This document shows, piece after piece, positions 29,260-38,315 of a stretch of 64,000 bases of DNA. The DNA is from Thermoanaerobaculia bacterium. Lineage in GTDB: Bacteria; Acidobacteriota; Thermoanaerobaculia; Gp7-AA8. Numbering within the stretch: the first letter of the stretch is position 1; every line of letters starts with the position of its first letter. The DNA is taken from NCBI GenBank assembly GCA_036399015.1, contig DASWNW010000038.1:37239-101238 (forward strand), written 5' to 3'. A program made the position numbers and the translations under genes. Below the pieces are notes generated by a model. That model saw only the letters and a program-made list of their open reading frames with translations, was not told where the DNA came from and searched no databases.

Positions 29260-31356
29260 ATGAAGGTTTACTCGGGTTCCGAGATCCGCAATGTGGCGAT
29301 CGTCGGACACAACGACACCGGCAAAACTACTCTCGTATCCCAACTGCTGTTCAACGCCGGCGCCGTCAACCGCCTCGGGCGCGTGGAAGACGGCACCACC
29401 ACGACCGACTTCGACGCCGACGAGATCGAGCGCAAGCACTCCATCTCCACGGCCGTCGCCTTCGCGGAGTGGAAAGACACCAAGATCAACCTCCTCGACA
29501 CGCCGGGCTTCGGCATCTTCATCATGGAAGCCAAAAGCGCGATGCGCATCGCCGACGGCGCGGCGATCGTCGTCAGCGGCGTCACCGGCGTCGAAGTCAC
29601 GACCGAGAAGGTCTGGAAGTTCGCCGAGGAGTTCGCCCTCCCGCGCGTCATCATCATCAACAAGCTCGATCGCGAGCGCTCCTCGTTCGCCCGCTCGCTC
29701 GACGCGGTGAAGAAGAAGTTCGGCAAGAACGTCGTCGCGCTGCAGATGCCGATCGGCGAGGAGAAGGACTTCTCCGGCTTCGTCGACCTGGTGTCGATGA
29801 AGGCCTTCCGCTACGCCGCCGACGGCTCCGGGAAGTTCGACGCGATCGACATCCCGGCCGACATGAAGGACGAGGCGGAGTCGGCGCGCGCGCAGCTCAT
29901 CGAGAAGGTCGCCGAGGGCGACGACACGCTCATGGAGCGCTTCTTCGAGCAGGGCGGCCTGTCGCAGGAAGAGCTCCTCGATGGCCTCAGCCGCGAGGTC
30001 GCGCACCACCAGATCTACCCCGTCTTCGTCGCCTCGGCGTCGCACAACATCGGCGGCCACGCCATCCTCGACGCGTTCGTGTCGATGCTCCCCGCTCCCA
30101 CCGAGGTGCAGAAGGTGGAAGGGAAGAACCGCAAGGGAGAGGACCTCACGTTCGACGCGCGCCCCGAGGCGTTCCCCTCCGCGCTCGTCTTCAAGACCTT
30201 CTCCGATCCCTTCTCTGGACGCGTGTCGCTCTTCCGCGTCTACTCGGGGACGTTCCAGTCCGACCACGCGTACTGGAACACCACCCGCGACCACGAGGAG
30301 CGCATCGGCAAGCTGCAGGTGCTGCAGGGCAAGCAGCAGATCCCGGTCACCGAGCTGCGCGCCGGTGACATCGGCGCGGTGGCGAAGCTGAAGGACACCT
30401 TCACCGGCGACACGATCGCCGCGAAGGACCACCAGATCGTGCTGAGCCACATCCATTATCCGGAGGCGGCCATCGCCTTCGCGGTGGAGCCGAAGGCGCG
30501 CGGCGACGAGGACAAGCTCGGCGCGGCCATCCACCGCATCATCGAGGAAGACCCGACCATCCGGTTCGCGCGCGACGAGCAGACGAAGGAGTTCCTGATC
30601 AGCGGTCAGGGACAGCTCCACGTCGAGATCGTGGTGGCGAAGCTGAAGAAGAAGTACCACGTCGACGTGGTGCTGCATCCGCCGAAGGTGCCGTACCGCG
30701 AGACCATCACCAAGCCGGCCGACGCGCATGGACGCCACAAGAAGCAGTCGGGCGGCCACGGGCAGTTCGCCGACTGCAAGATCACCGTCGAGCCGCTGCC
30801 GCGCGGCGCCGACTTCGAGTTCGTCGACGAGATCTTCGGCGGCTCCATCCCCCGCCAGTACATCCCGGCGGTGGAGAAGGGCATCCAGGACGCGCGGGTG
30901 AAGGGCTACCTGGCCGGCTTCCCGATGGTCGACTTCCGCGTCCGCCTCAAGGACGGTCAGTACCACGACGTCGACTCCTCGGAAATGGCGTTCAAGATCG
31001 CCGGCTCGCTCGCCTACCAGCAGGCGATGGAGAACGCGCGCCCGACGCTGCTCGAGCCGATCATGCACGTCGACATCACCGCCCCGTCGGAGTACGTCGG
31101 CGACATCATGGGCGACCTCAACTCGCGCCGCGGCAGGGTGGAAGGGGTCGACGCGGAAGAGGACTCGCAGGTCGTGCACGCGCGCGTGCCGTTCGCGGAG
31201 ATGCTGACCTACGGGTCGACGCTCCGCTCGCTCACGCAGGGCCGCGGCAGCTTCCACATGGAGATGTCGCACTACGAGGAAGTCCCGCGCAACCTGCAGG
31301 AAAAGATCATCGTGGAGTCGAAGAAGGCGAAGGAAGCGCAGGCCGCGGCGCACTAG
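29260..31356 (+). CDS. elongation factor G paralogue (EF-G2 type)
   Basis: G1 VGHNDTGKTTL, GRVEDGTTTTDF, DTPGFGIF. Full five-domain length. Start taken at ATG 29260 (MKVYSG). Confidence 0.9.
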   Translation: MKVYSGSEIRNVAIVGHNDTGKTTLVSQLLFNAGAVNRLGRVEDGTTTTDFDADEIERKHSISTAVAFAEWKDTKINLLDTPGFGIFIMEAKSAMRIADGAAIVVSGVTGVEVTTEKVWKFAEEFALPRVIIINKLDRERSSFARSLDAVKKKFGKNVVALQMPIGEEKDFSGFVDLVSMKAFRYAADGSGKFDAIDIPADMKDEAESARAQLIEKVAEGDDTLMERFFEQGGLSQEELLDGLSREVAHHQIYPVFVASASHNIGGHAILDAFVSMLPAPTEVQKVEGKNRKGEDLTFDARPEAFPSALVFKTFSDPFSGRVSLFRVYSGTFQSDHAYWNTTRDHEERIGKLQVLQGKQQIPVTELRAGDIGAVAKLKDTFTGDTIAAKDHQIVLSHIHYPEAAIAFAVEPKARGDEDKLGAAIHRIIEEDPTIRFARDEQTKEFLISGQGQLHVEIVVAKLKKKYHVDVVLHPPKVPYRETITKPADAHGRHKKQSGGHGQFADCKITVEPLPRGADFEFVDEIFGGSIPRQYIPAVEKGIQDARVKGYLAGFPMVDFRVRLKDGQYHDVDSSEMAFKIAGSLAYQQAMENARPTLLEPIMHVDITAPSEYVGDIMGDLNSRRGRVEGVDAEEDSQVVHARVPFAEMLTYGSTLRSLTQGRGSFHMEMSHYEEVPRNLQEKIIVESKKAKEAQAAAH

Positions 31357-31362
31357 CGGCCG

Positions 31363-32121
31363 ATGGACCTGCCGTTTCCGCGCGTGCGGCCGCGGCCCGA
31401 GACGCTCTCGAACCGCGGCTGCTGCTTCTCCGACGAAGACCTGGAGCAGGTCCTCCGGACGGCCGACGACCACCTGCGCTGGCGGGACTTCGAGGCGATC
31501 TTTCCCGTCTCCGGCTGCGCCGGCGAGTACGACGAGCAGCTCTACTTCGTGCCGCTCGCGTTCGCACACCTCGCCGCGAACGCGATGGATGGGCGCGAAT
31601 ACGCGTCCGGCTTCGTTCAGTTCTTCGAGCGCAACGCCGACCTCATCGGCCGCGACGAACTTCGCGACCCGGCCGAGCAGGCGTTCGCGGCTCTCCTCGC
31701 CGGCTGGACGGCGACCTTCGAGGTCGTCCACTACGACGCCGCCGCCTCGGCGAAGAAGGGCTGGACCATCCCATACCTCGACGGTGTCGAGCGCTCGCTC
31801 GCCGTCACGGAGCTGCTCGAGCTGCTGTTCGAGCGTCCGACGCTGGAGCACGTGGGCGAGACGGCGGTCCTCCGGTTGCTCGAAGCCGGCGCGCCGGAGA
31901 CGTCCGCCGCCTGGTTCCTCGAGCTCGCAAGGGCGATGAACGAGGGCTCGCTGTACCTGCCGGACAACGTCTCCGCACGCGCCGTGAGGGCGCTGCTCAG
32001 CGATCCGCTGGTGCTGTCCGGCCAATACGAGCGCATCCGCGACTCGCTTGTGGCGGCGGAGCCGTCGCCGACGTACTGGCGCGACGTGCTCGTCGCGATC
32101 GGCCTCACCGCGCCGGCGTAG
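31363..32121 (+). CDS. hypothetical protein (252 aa)
   Basis: Starts 6 nt after the EF-G2 stop. Strong GC3 bias. No motif recognised. Confidence 0.6.
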   Translation: MDLPFPRVRPRPETLSNRGCCFSDEDLEQVLRTADDHLRWRDFEAIFPVSGCAGEYDEQLYFVPLAFAHLAANAMDGREYASGFVQFFERNADLIGRDELRDPAEQAFAALLAGWTATFEVVHYDAAASAKKGWTIPYLDGVERSLAVTELLELLFERPTLEHVGETAVLRLLEAGAPETSAAWFLELARAMNEGSLYLPDNVSARAVRALLSDPLVLSGQYERIRDSLVAAEPSPTYWRDVLVAIGLTAPA

Positions 32122-32155
32122 CCGCGCTCTCTCTCCTCGCCCGTATCATGAGCGG

Positions 32156-33274
32156 GTGAATGCGGGGCAGGGGCTCGCGCTCGCGGTGGTGGTACCGACC
32201 TTCAGCGAGCGTGAAAACGTCGTCGAGTTGATCCGCCGCCTCGACCGGGTGCTCGCGGAGGTCGCCTGGGAGGTGATCGTCGTCGACGACGACTCGCCGG
32301 ACGGCACTGCCGACGCGGTCCGCGCGCTGGCGCGCCTCGATCCGCGCATCCGCCTCCTCCAGCGCGTCGGCCGCCGCGGACTCTCCTCTGCCTGCATCGA
32401 GGGGATGATGGCCACCGCCGCGCCGTACGTCGCGGTCATCGACGCCGACCTCCAGCACGACGAGTCGGTGCTGCCGGCGATGCTGGCGAAGCTGCGCGAC
32501 GAAGAGCTCGACCTCGTGGTCGGCACGCGCTACGCCGAAGGAGGCTCCAGCGCGGGGCTCACCGGACAGCGGGCGGCGCTGAGCGACTGGGGGAAGAAGC
32601 TGAGCCGCCTCGTCACGCACGCGACGCTCACCGACCCGATGAGCGGCTTCTTCGTCGCCGACCGCCGCTTCCTCGACGAGGTGGTGCGCAGGCTGTCCGG
32701 CCGCGGCTTCAAGATCCTCCTCGACCTCGTCGCCTCCGCCCGCCGCCCCGTGCGCGCCGGCGAGCTGCCGTACCACTTCCGCGCGCGGCTGCACGGCGAC
32801 AGCAAGCTGGACGTGCTGGTCGGGCTCGAGTACCTGCAGCTCCTCATCGACAAGCTGGTCGGCGACTGGATCCCGCCGCGCTTCGTCCTCTTCGGCCTCG
32901 TCGGCGGCTCGGGCGTGGTGCTGCACCTGCTCGTGCTCTGGCTGCTGTTCGCGCGGGCGGAGCTGCCGTTCTGGATCGCGCAGACGACGGCGACGGTGCT
33001 GGTGATGACGAGCAACTTCTTCCTCAACAACACGCTGACTTGGCGCGACCACCGCCTGCGCGGCCTCGCGATGGTCGGCGGCCTGCTGAAGTTCTACGCC
33101 GCCTGCTCGATCGGCGCGTTCCTCAACCTGCTGGTGGCGACGTTCGTCCTGCGGCAGGGGATGCCGTGGTACGTGGCCGGGTTCGCGGGGCTGGTGATCG
33201 GCTCGATCTGGAACTTTGCCGTCACCGCGGCGACGACGTGGAAGCAGCGCCGCCGCTCGCCGATCGCCAGGTGA
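32156..33274 (+). CDS. GT2 polyprenyl-phosphate glycosyl (mannose/glucose) synthase fused to a GtrA-like membrane domain
   Basis: VVVPTFSEREN, VVDDDSPDGT, DADLQHD. The C-terminal four hydrophobic helices are GtrA-like. GTG start at 32156. Confidence 0.85.
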   Translation: MNAGQGLALAVVVPTFSERENVVELIRRLDRVLAEVAWEVIVVDDDSPDGTADAVRALARLDPRIRLLQRVGRRGLSSACIEGMMATAAPYVAVIDADLQHDESVLPAMLAKLRDEELDLVVGTRYAEGGSSAGLTGQRAALSDWGKKLSRLVTHATLTDPMSGFFVADRRFLDEVVRRLSGRGFKILLDLVASARRPVRAGELPYHFRARLHGDSKLDVLVGLEYLQLLIDKLVGDWIPPRFVLFGLVGGSGVVLHLLVLWLLFARAELPFWIAQTTATVLVMTSNFFLNNTLTWRDHRLRGLAMVGGLLKFYAACSIGAFLNLLVATFVLRQGMPWYVAGFAGLVIGSIWNFAVTAATTWKQRRRSPIAR

Positions 33275-35066
33275 GGGCGGTCAGGCTGAGGCCGAGGTCG
33301 CGCGTGTCGGAGGAGTGACCGGCGCGGGCCGGGTTGAACGTGCGGCTGGTGGTGATGTCGAGCGCGTGCGGCGCGTCGCCGGAGGCGATGGCGTACGAGC
33401 GAGCGACGGTCCGTGCCGCGACGAACCTGTCGAGGAGGCGGCCGTCGACTTCGATCGTGACCACCGGCGCGCCGCCGAGGTGCTCGACCGGGACGTCGAA
33501 GCGCAGCGTCAGCCGCGCCGGTCCGCCGCGTGGCGGCAACAGCGTGACCGAACGGCCTGACATCCACCGCCACCCTGCCTCCTCTCCATACCACCCCTCA
33601 CCGAATTGCACGACCTGCTGGTGGACCGGCAACGGCGTCGCGAGCGGACGCTCTCTCCGCTGCCAGATGCACAGCTCCCCCGCCTCCGGATTCACGCATC
33701 TGAAATGGGCGGTGAACCACTCCAGGTCCGCCCCGTTGAGCTGCCACTGCCCCCGCCAGCCGAGGAGCGTGTACTCGGTGGCGGCGAGCCGCGCGCGGAT
33801 GACCGACGGGCGCCGCTGTTCCCGGAACGCGCTCGCGGTATCGGCGAACCGCCCGCCGGCGCGCGTCGCCTCGAGCAGCATCGCGCCGTAGCTGTCGACC
33901 ACGACCGGCGCACCGTCGCCATGCGGCGGCAGGCGCCGCGCCACCAGCAACTCCGACGGGTCGAAGCTGAAGAACGAGGCGCGTTCCGGAACGATCCCGG
34001 GCGCCGTGCGCGCGAGGGCAAGGGACGCCGCCGACACCGCCGGACGCATCGAGCGCAGCAGCGGCGGCGCGCCGAGGATCGCGATCGCCAGCACGACCGG
34101 AACCGCGACCCAGCGCCGCCACCGCACCAGCGCCGCGGCGCCGAGACCCGCAAGCGCGCACTGGCTGACCGCGAGGTGGGAGTTGTAGTGCGGCCAGTAG
34201 CTGGACGAGGCGAGGAAGCCGGCGACGGTAACGACGAACGCCACCGCGAAGAGGCGCATGGGTCGCTCGCGGAGGCGAACGATGGCGAACGCGAGCCCGG
34301 CGGCGGCGAGCACCGTCGCGGCGGCGTGTCCGCTGCCGGACATCTCCCGCAGACGGGGGATCGTCCCGGCCGTGCCGTCCGGCGGGCGGGAGAGCTGGAA
34401 CCGGAGCGTCTGCGTCACGAAGTCGTCCGGCGCCGGGAGCCAGAGCGGCGCGAGCAGCAGCACGCCGGCAATCGCCGCGCCGGTGATGAACCGCGGCGCG
34501 TCGGTACGGAAGCGGCCGCGCGGCGTCGAGGCGATTGCGGCGAGCACCCAGATCCCGCCCCAGAACTTCACCGCGCAGGCGACTCCCGCGAGCACGCCGG
34601 AAACGAACGGCCGCCGCTTCTCGTCCAACCAGAGCCACACCGAGAGCAGGCAGGCGAGGTTGAGGAACGGCTCGAGGTACGCGCTCCGCTCCGCGGTCAC
34701 GGCGTCGGGATAGAGCGCGTACAGCACCGCCGCGACCACTCCGCCGAACGTTCCGGCCGCGCGCGTGACGATCCGCCCCACGAGGTACGCGTTCACCCCG
34801 CCGACGGCGCACGCCAGCAGGCGCGCGAGCACGAACCCGAGCGCCGGATCGGGAATCCACGATACCGGCGCGAGGAAGTAGAGGATGCCCGGCGGGTGGA
34901 CGAAGACGAACTCGCGGTACGGCAGGACGCCGCGCAGCAGCAGCGCCGAGGCCGAGAAGTAGACGCCGTCGTCGTACCCGGTCGCCGCCGCGAGCGGCCC
35001 TCCGCGCCCGAGCAGGCCGGCGACGCGCAGCAGGAACCCGGCGACGGCGACGAGCAGGAGCGGCAC
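33222..35066 (-). CDS. GT-C-type membrane glycosyltransferase with C-terminal soluble domain
   Basis: N-terminus GYDDGVYFSASALLLRGVLPYREFVFVHPPG followed by many TM helices. Its 3' end overlaps the convergent GT2 gene by 53 nt. Confidence 0.7.
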   Translation of the reverse strand: MPLLLVAVAGFLLRVAGLLGRGGPLAAATGYDDGVYFSASALLLRGVLPYREFVFVHPPGILYFLAPVSWIPDPALGFVLARLLACAVGGVNAYLVGRIVTRAAGTFGGVVAAVLYALYPDAVTAERSAYLEPFLNLACLLSVWLWLDEKRRPFVSGVLAGVACAVKFWGGIWVLAAIASTPRGRFRTDAPRFITGAAIAGVLLLAPLWLPAPDDFVTQTLRFQLSRPPDGTAGTIPRLREMSGSGHAAATVLAAAGLAFAIVRLRERPMRLFAVAFVVTVAGFLASSSYWPHYNSHLAVSQCALAGLGAAALVRWRRWVAVPVVLAIAILGAPPLLRSMRPAVSAASLALARTAPGIVPERASFFSFDPSELLVARRLPPHGDGAPVVVDSYGAMLLEATRAGGRFADTASAFREQRRPSVIRARLAATEYTLLGWRGQWQLNGADLEWFTAHFRCVNPEAGELCIWQRRERPLATPLPVHQQVVQFGEGWYGEEAGWRWMSGRSVTLLPPRGGPARLTLRFDVPVEHLGGAPVVTIEVDGRLLDRFVAARTVARSYAIASGDAPHALDITTSRTFNPARAGHSSDTRDLGLSLTALTWRSASGGAASTSSPR

Positions 35067-35122
35067 GCGCGCGATTCTACGGTGCGCAGTCGTATCGTGA
35101 TCTCAAGGTTTGGCAGGACGCC

Positions 35123-35467
35123 ATGGACCTCGTCGTCCGCGTCTACAGCGTGACCGCGGAGTTCCCTCCGGCGGAGCGTTACGGCCTGTCGCAGCAGATG
35201 CGGCGCGCCGCCGTGTCCGTGCCGTCGAACATTGCGGAGGGATACGGCCGCCGCACCGCGCGTCAGCGTTACCACTTCCTCGAGAACGCCCTCGGCTCCC
35301 TCTTCGAGCTAGAGACGCAAACCGAGCTCTCCACCCGGCTGGGCTTCCTGAATGATCGTGACGCCGCCGAGATGGCCGCCACCATACGCGGCCTCGGCCG
35401 CGCCCTCGCCGCCCTCATGCGCTACGTCCAGAACGAGGCCAAACAAGAAAAGAACCGCTACGACTAA
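35123..35467 (+). CDS. four-helix-bundle protein (23S rRNA intervening-sequence protein / Avd-like family)
   Basis: ERYGLSQQMRRAAVSVPSNIAEGYGR is the family signature. The in-frame upstream codons read LKVWQDA, part of the usual N-terminus, but offer no start codon. Confidence 0.85.
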   Translation: MDLVVRVYSVTAEFPPAERYGLSQQMRRAAVSVPSNIAEGYGRRTARQRYHFLENALGSLFELETQTELSTRLGFLNDRDAAEMAATIRGLGRALAALMRYVQNEAKQEKNRYD

Positions 35468-35520
35468 CCCCCGAGGAACCCCGAGGAACTCCGAGGAACC
35501 CGAGGAACCCCGAGGAACCC
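35468..35520. repeat. tandem array, 5 x CCGAGGAAC (period 9-10)
   Basis: Begins 1 nt after the TAA of the four-helix-bundle gene. Same unit as 37622-37672 and complementary to 37556-37596. Confidence 0.9.
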
Positions 35521-35540
35521 AAAAGCGATAGCATCCCCCC

Positions 35541-36113
35541 ATGGCCCTCGTAAAACTCACCACCCCCATCGACGAAGCCACCATCCGCTCGCTGCACGTC
35601 GGCGACACGGTCGCCATCACCGGGCGGCTCTACACCGGGCGCGACGCGGTGCATCACCGCATTCATGAGGGCGTCAAGCCGCCGGTCGATCTGGAGGGGC
35701 AGATCATCTACCACTGCGGTCCCGTCATGGTGAAAGAGGGGGAGCAGTGGGTCTGCAAGGCGGCCGGCCCCACCACCTCCTCGCGCGAGGAGCCGTACCA
35801 GCACGAGGTGATCCGTGATTACCGCATCCGTGGCGTCATCGGCAAAGGGGGGATGGGGGAGAAGACGCTCGCTGCCTGCCGGGAGTACGGCGCGGTCTAC
35901 CTCCATGCCATCGGCGGGGCGGCGCAGGTGTGCGCGGCCTCGATCAAGCGGGTAGACGGCGTCGACTGGATGGACCTCGGGTCACCCGAGGCGATCTGGC
36001 ACCTCTGGGTGGAAGACTTCATGGCCATCGTGACGATGGATGCGCACGGCCAATCGCTGCACAAACAGGTGCTCGAGGAGTCGAAGGAGAGGCTCGCCGC
36101 GTTGAAGGCGTGA
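35541..36113 (+). CDS. Fe-S hydro-lyase beta subunit (class I fumarate hydratase / L-tartrate dehydratase beta type)
   Basis: GDTVAITGRLYTGRDAVHHRI ... IIYHCGP ... GPTTSSREEPY ... IGKGGMG. No alpha subunit is adjacent. Confidence 0.85.
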   Translation: MALVKLTTPIDEATIRSLHVGDTVAITGRLYTGRDAVHHRIHEGVKPPVDLEGQIIYHCGPVMVKEGEQWVCKAAGPTTSSREEPYQHEVIRDYRIRGVIGKGGMGEKTLAACREYGAVYLHAIGGAAQVCAASIKRVDGVDWMDLGSPEAIWHLWVEDFMAIVTMDAHGQSLHKQVLEESKERLAALKA

Positions 36114-36133
36114 CTGTTGCTCCGTCGCGCGGT

Positions 36134-37528
36134 ATGCGCATCGAAACAGACACCCTCGGCGAAGTCCGTGTCCCGGCCGACGCCCTCTACGGCGCCCAGA
36201 CCCAGCGCGCCGTCGAGAACTACCCGATCAGCGGCCTCCGCGAGCATCCGCTCTTCATCCGCTCCTTCATTCTCCTCAAGCGCGCCGCCGCGCTGGCCAA
36301 CCGCGAGCTCGGCGCGATGGACGAGCAGACCGCGACCGCCATCGTCGGCGCCTGCGACCGCATCCTCCGCGAGTTCGAGCGCTTCCGCCCCCACTTCGTC
36401 GTGGACGTCTTCCAGGCCGGCGCCGGCACCTCGTTCAACATGAACTGCAACGAGGTCATCGCCAACCTCGCCAACCTCTCCCTCGGCGGCAAGGCGGGCG
36501 AGTACAAGCCGGTCCACCCGAACGACCACGTGAACATGGCGCAGTCGACGAACGACGTCTTCCCGACCGCCATCCGCGTCGCCACGCTGCTCCTCCTCGA
36601 GCGCCTCGGGCCGAAGCTCGACCAGCTCGCCGACGCCCTCGATGAAAAGGGGGACGAGTTCGCCGACGTCATCAAGTCCGGCCGCACCCATCTCGCCGAC
36701 GCCGTTCCGGTGACGCTCGGGCAGGAGTTCAAGGCCTACGCCGCAGCCGTCCGCCGCGCCACGCGGCTCCTGCGCGACGCCGCCGAAGAGCTGCGCATCC
36801 TCGGCATCGGCGGCACCGCGGCCGGCACCGGCATCAACACGCCGGTCGGCTACCGCTTCGCCGTCGTGCGCCACCTCAGCGAGTCGGCCTCGCTGGAGCT
36901 GCATCCGACCGACGACCTCCGCGAGGCGATGCAGTCGCAACTGCCGGTCGTCGCCGTTTCGGCCGCGATGCGCAACCTCGCTCTCGAGCTGACGCGCATC
37001 ACCAACGACCTGCGCCTGCTCGCCTCGGGACCGATCACCGGCCTCGCCGAGATCATTCTCCCGGCGGTGCAGCCCGGCTCCTCGATCATGCCGGGGAAGG
37101 TCAACCCGTCGCTCCTCGAGTGCATGAACCAGGTGCTGTTCCACATCATCGGCGCCGACGCCGCGATCGCGTTCGCGTCGCAGGCGGGCCAGCTCGAGCT
37201 GAACGTGATGATGCCGCTGATGGCGTTCGAGATCACCTTCTCGATGGAGATCCTCAAGAACTTCCTGCCGGTATTCACCGAGCGGTGCGTCCGCGGCATC
37301 GCCGCGAACCGCGAGCGCTGCGAGGCGTACTACATCAGCTCCCCGTCGCTCGCGACGGCGCTGAATCCGCTGATCGGCTACGCCGCGGCGGCCGAGCTGG
37401 CGAAGGAGTCGGCGAAGAGCGGGAAGCGCATCCCCGACATGCTCCGGGAGAAGAACCTCCTCCCCGAGGAGCAGATCGCGGAGATCTTCACGCCGGAGTT
37501 CCTGGCAGGGCAGGCCGATCGCAGGTGA
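36134..37528 (+). CDS. aspA: aspartate ammonia-lyase (class II fumarase/aspartase family)
   Basis: GSSIMPGKVNP signature. DVFQAGAGTSFNMN and HPNDHVNMAQSTND resemble AspA more than FumC. Confidence 0.8.
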   Translation: MRIETDTLGEVRVPADALYGAQTQRAVENYPISGLREHPLFIRSFILLKRAAALANRELGAMDEQTATAIVGACDRILREFERFRPHFVVDVFQAGAGTSFNMNCNEVIANLANLSLGGKAGEYKPVHPNDHVNMAQSTNDVFPTAIRVATLLLLERLGPKLDQLADALDEKGDEFADVIKSGRTHLADAVPVTLGQEFKAYAAAVRRATRLLRDAAEELRILGIGGTAAGTGINTPVGYRFAVVRHLSESASLELHPTDDLREAMQSQLPVVAVSAAMRNLALELTRITNDLRLLASGPITGLAEIILPAVQPGSSIMPGKVNPSLLECMNQVLFHIIGADAAIAFASQAGQLELNVMMPLMAFEITFSMEILKNFLPVFTERCVRGIAANRERCEAYYISSPSLATALNPLIGYAAAAELAKESAKSGKRIPDMLREKNLLPEEQIAEIFTPEFLAGQADRR

Positions 37529-37555
37529 CGAACGCGCTGGAGTGCCGCCGGCACA

Positions 37556-37672
37556 GGGTTCCTCGGAGGTTCCTCGGGTTCCTCGGAGTTCCTCGGCGGC
37601 CTCTCTGGGCATGCGGTTTCGCCGAGGAACTCCGAGGAACCCCGAGGAACTCCGAGGAACTCCGAGGAACGG
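37556..37672. repeat. tandem-repeat hairpin: 4 x GTTCCTCGG, 25-nt loop, 5 x CCGAGGAAC
   Basis: GTTCCTC at 37558, 37569, 37578 and 37588. GAGGAAC at 37624, 37634, 37644, 37654 and 37664. Confidence 0.9.
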
Positions 37673-37760
37673 CCACCGGCTGAGACCCCGTCGCTCCAGT
37701 GAGAGCCGCGTCACGGGCGCACGTCAGCGTTCCTGTACAATCTGCCCGCCTCCCTTCCCA

Positions 37761-38315
37761 ATGCGACTCTTCATCGCCGCCAGCTTTCCCGGTGAAGTCC
37801 TGCGCGAGCTCAACAGCCGTGTCACGCTCCTGCGTCCGCGGCTGCCGGCCGCCTCATGGGTGCGCGAGGAGACGCAGCACCTGACGTTCGCCTTCCTCGG
37901 CGACCATCCCGAGTCGCTGGTCGAGAAGATCGCGGCGCCGCTCGCTGCCGCGCTCGCCGCCATCCCGCGGTTCGAGGCACATCTCGCCGGCTCCGGGTTC
38001 TTTCCGAATCCCCGTCACGCGCGCGTCGGCTGGGTCGGGCTCCACCCGGAGACCGCCTTCAAGAACGTCGCGCATGCGGTGCGGGAGGTGGTGACGCAGC
38101 ACGGCGTGCAGCTCGACCGCGGCGACTTCAAGCCGCACCTCACGCTGATGCGCATCCGCGATCAGTGGCCGCCGGCGTCGATCGACCTCTTCAACCGCTC
38201 GCTGAAGGACTATCAGTCGCCGCCGTTCACGCTCGACGCCGTGACGCTGTACCACAGCCGGCTCGACCCGAAGGGGGCGATCCACACGCCGCTGCAGACG
38301 TTTTCGCTCGCATGA
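37761..38315 (+). CDS. thpR: RNA 2',3'-cyclic phosphodiesterase (2H family, LigT/ThpR)
   Basis: Two HxTx motifs (HLTFAF, HLTLMR). Start at ATG 37761 (MRLFIAA). Confidence 0.85.
   Translation: MRLFIAASFPGEVLRELNSRVTLLRPRLPAASWVREETQHLTFAFLGDHPESLVEKIAAPLAAALAAIPRFEAHLAGSGFFPNPRHARVGWVGLHPETAFKNVAHAVREVVTQHGVQLDRGDFKPHLTLMRIRDQWPPASIDLFNRSLKDYQSPPFTLDAVTLYHSRLDPKGAIHTPLQTFSLA

Noticed and set aside
35123-35467. Diversity-generating retroelement, suggested by the Avd-like four-helix-bundle gene
   Set aside because: There is no reverse transcriptase, no template/variable repeat pair and no target gene nearby. The family is also common outside DGRs.
35897-37714. Minus-strand ORF whose N-terminus reads FLGVPRSSSGFLGVPR, and plus-strand 37542..38315 whose N-terminus reads SSEVPRVPRSSS
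   Set aside because: These peptide repeats are simply translations of the CCGAGGAAC/GTTCCTCGG arrays. The remainder is antisense to aspA or an extension of thpR.
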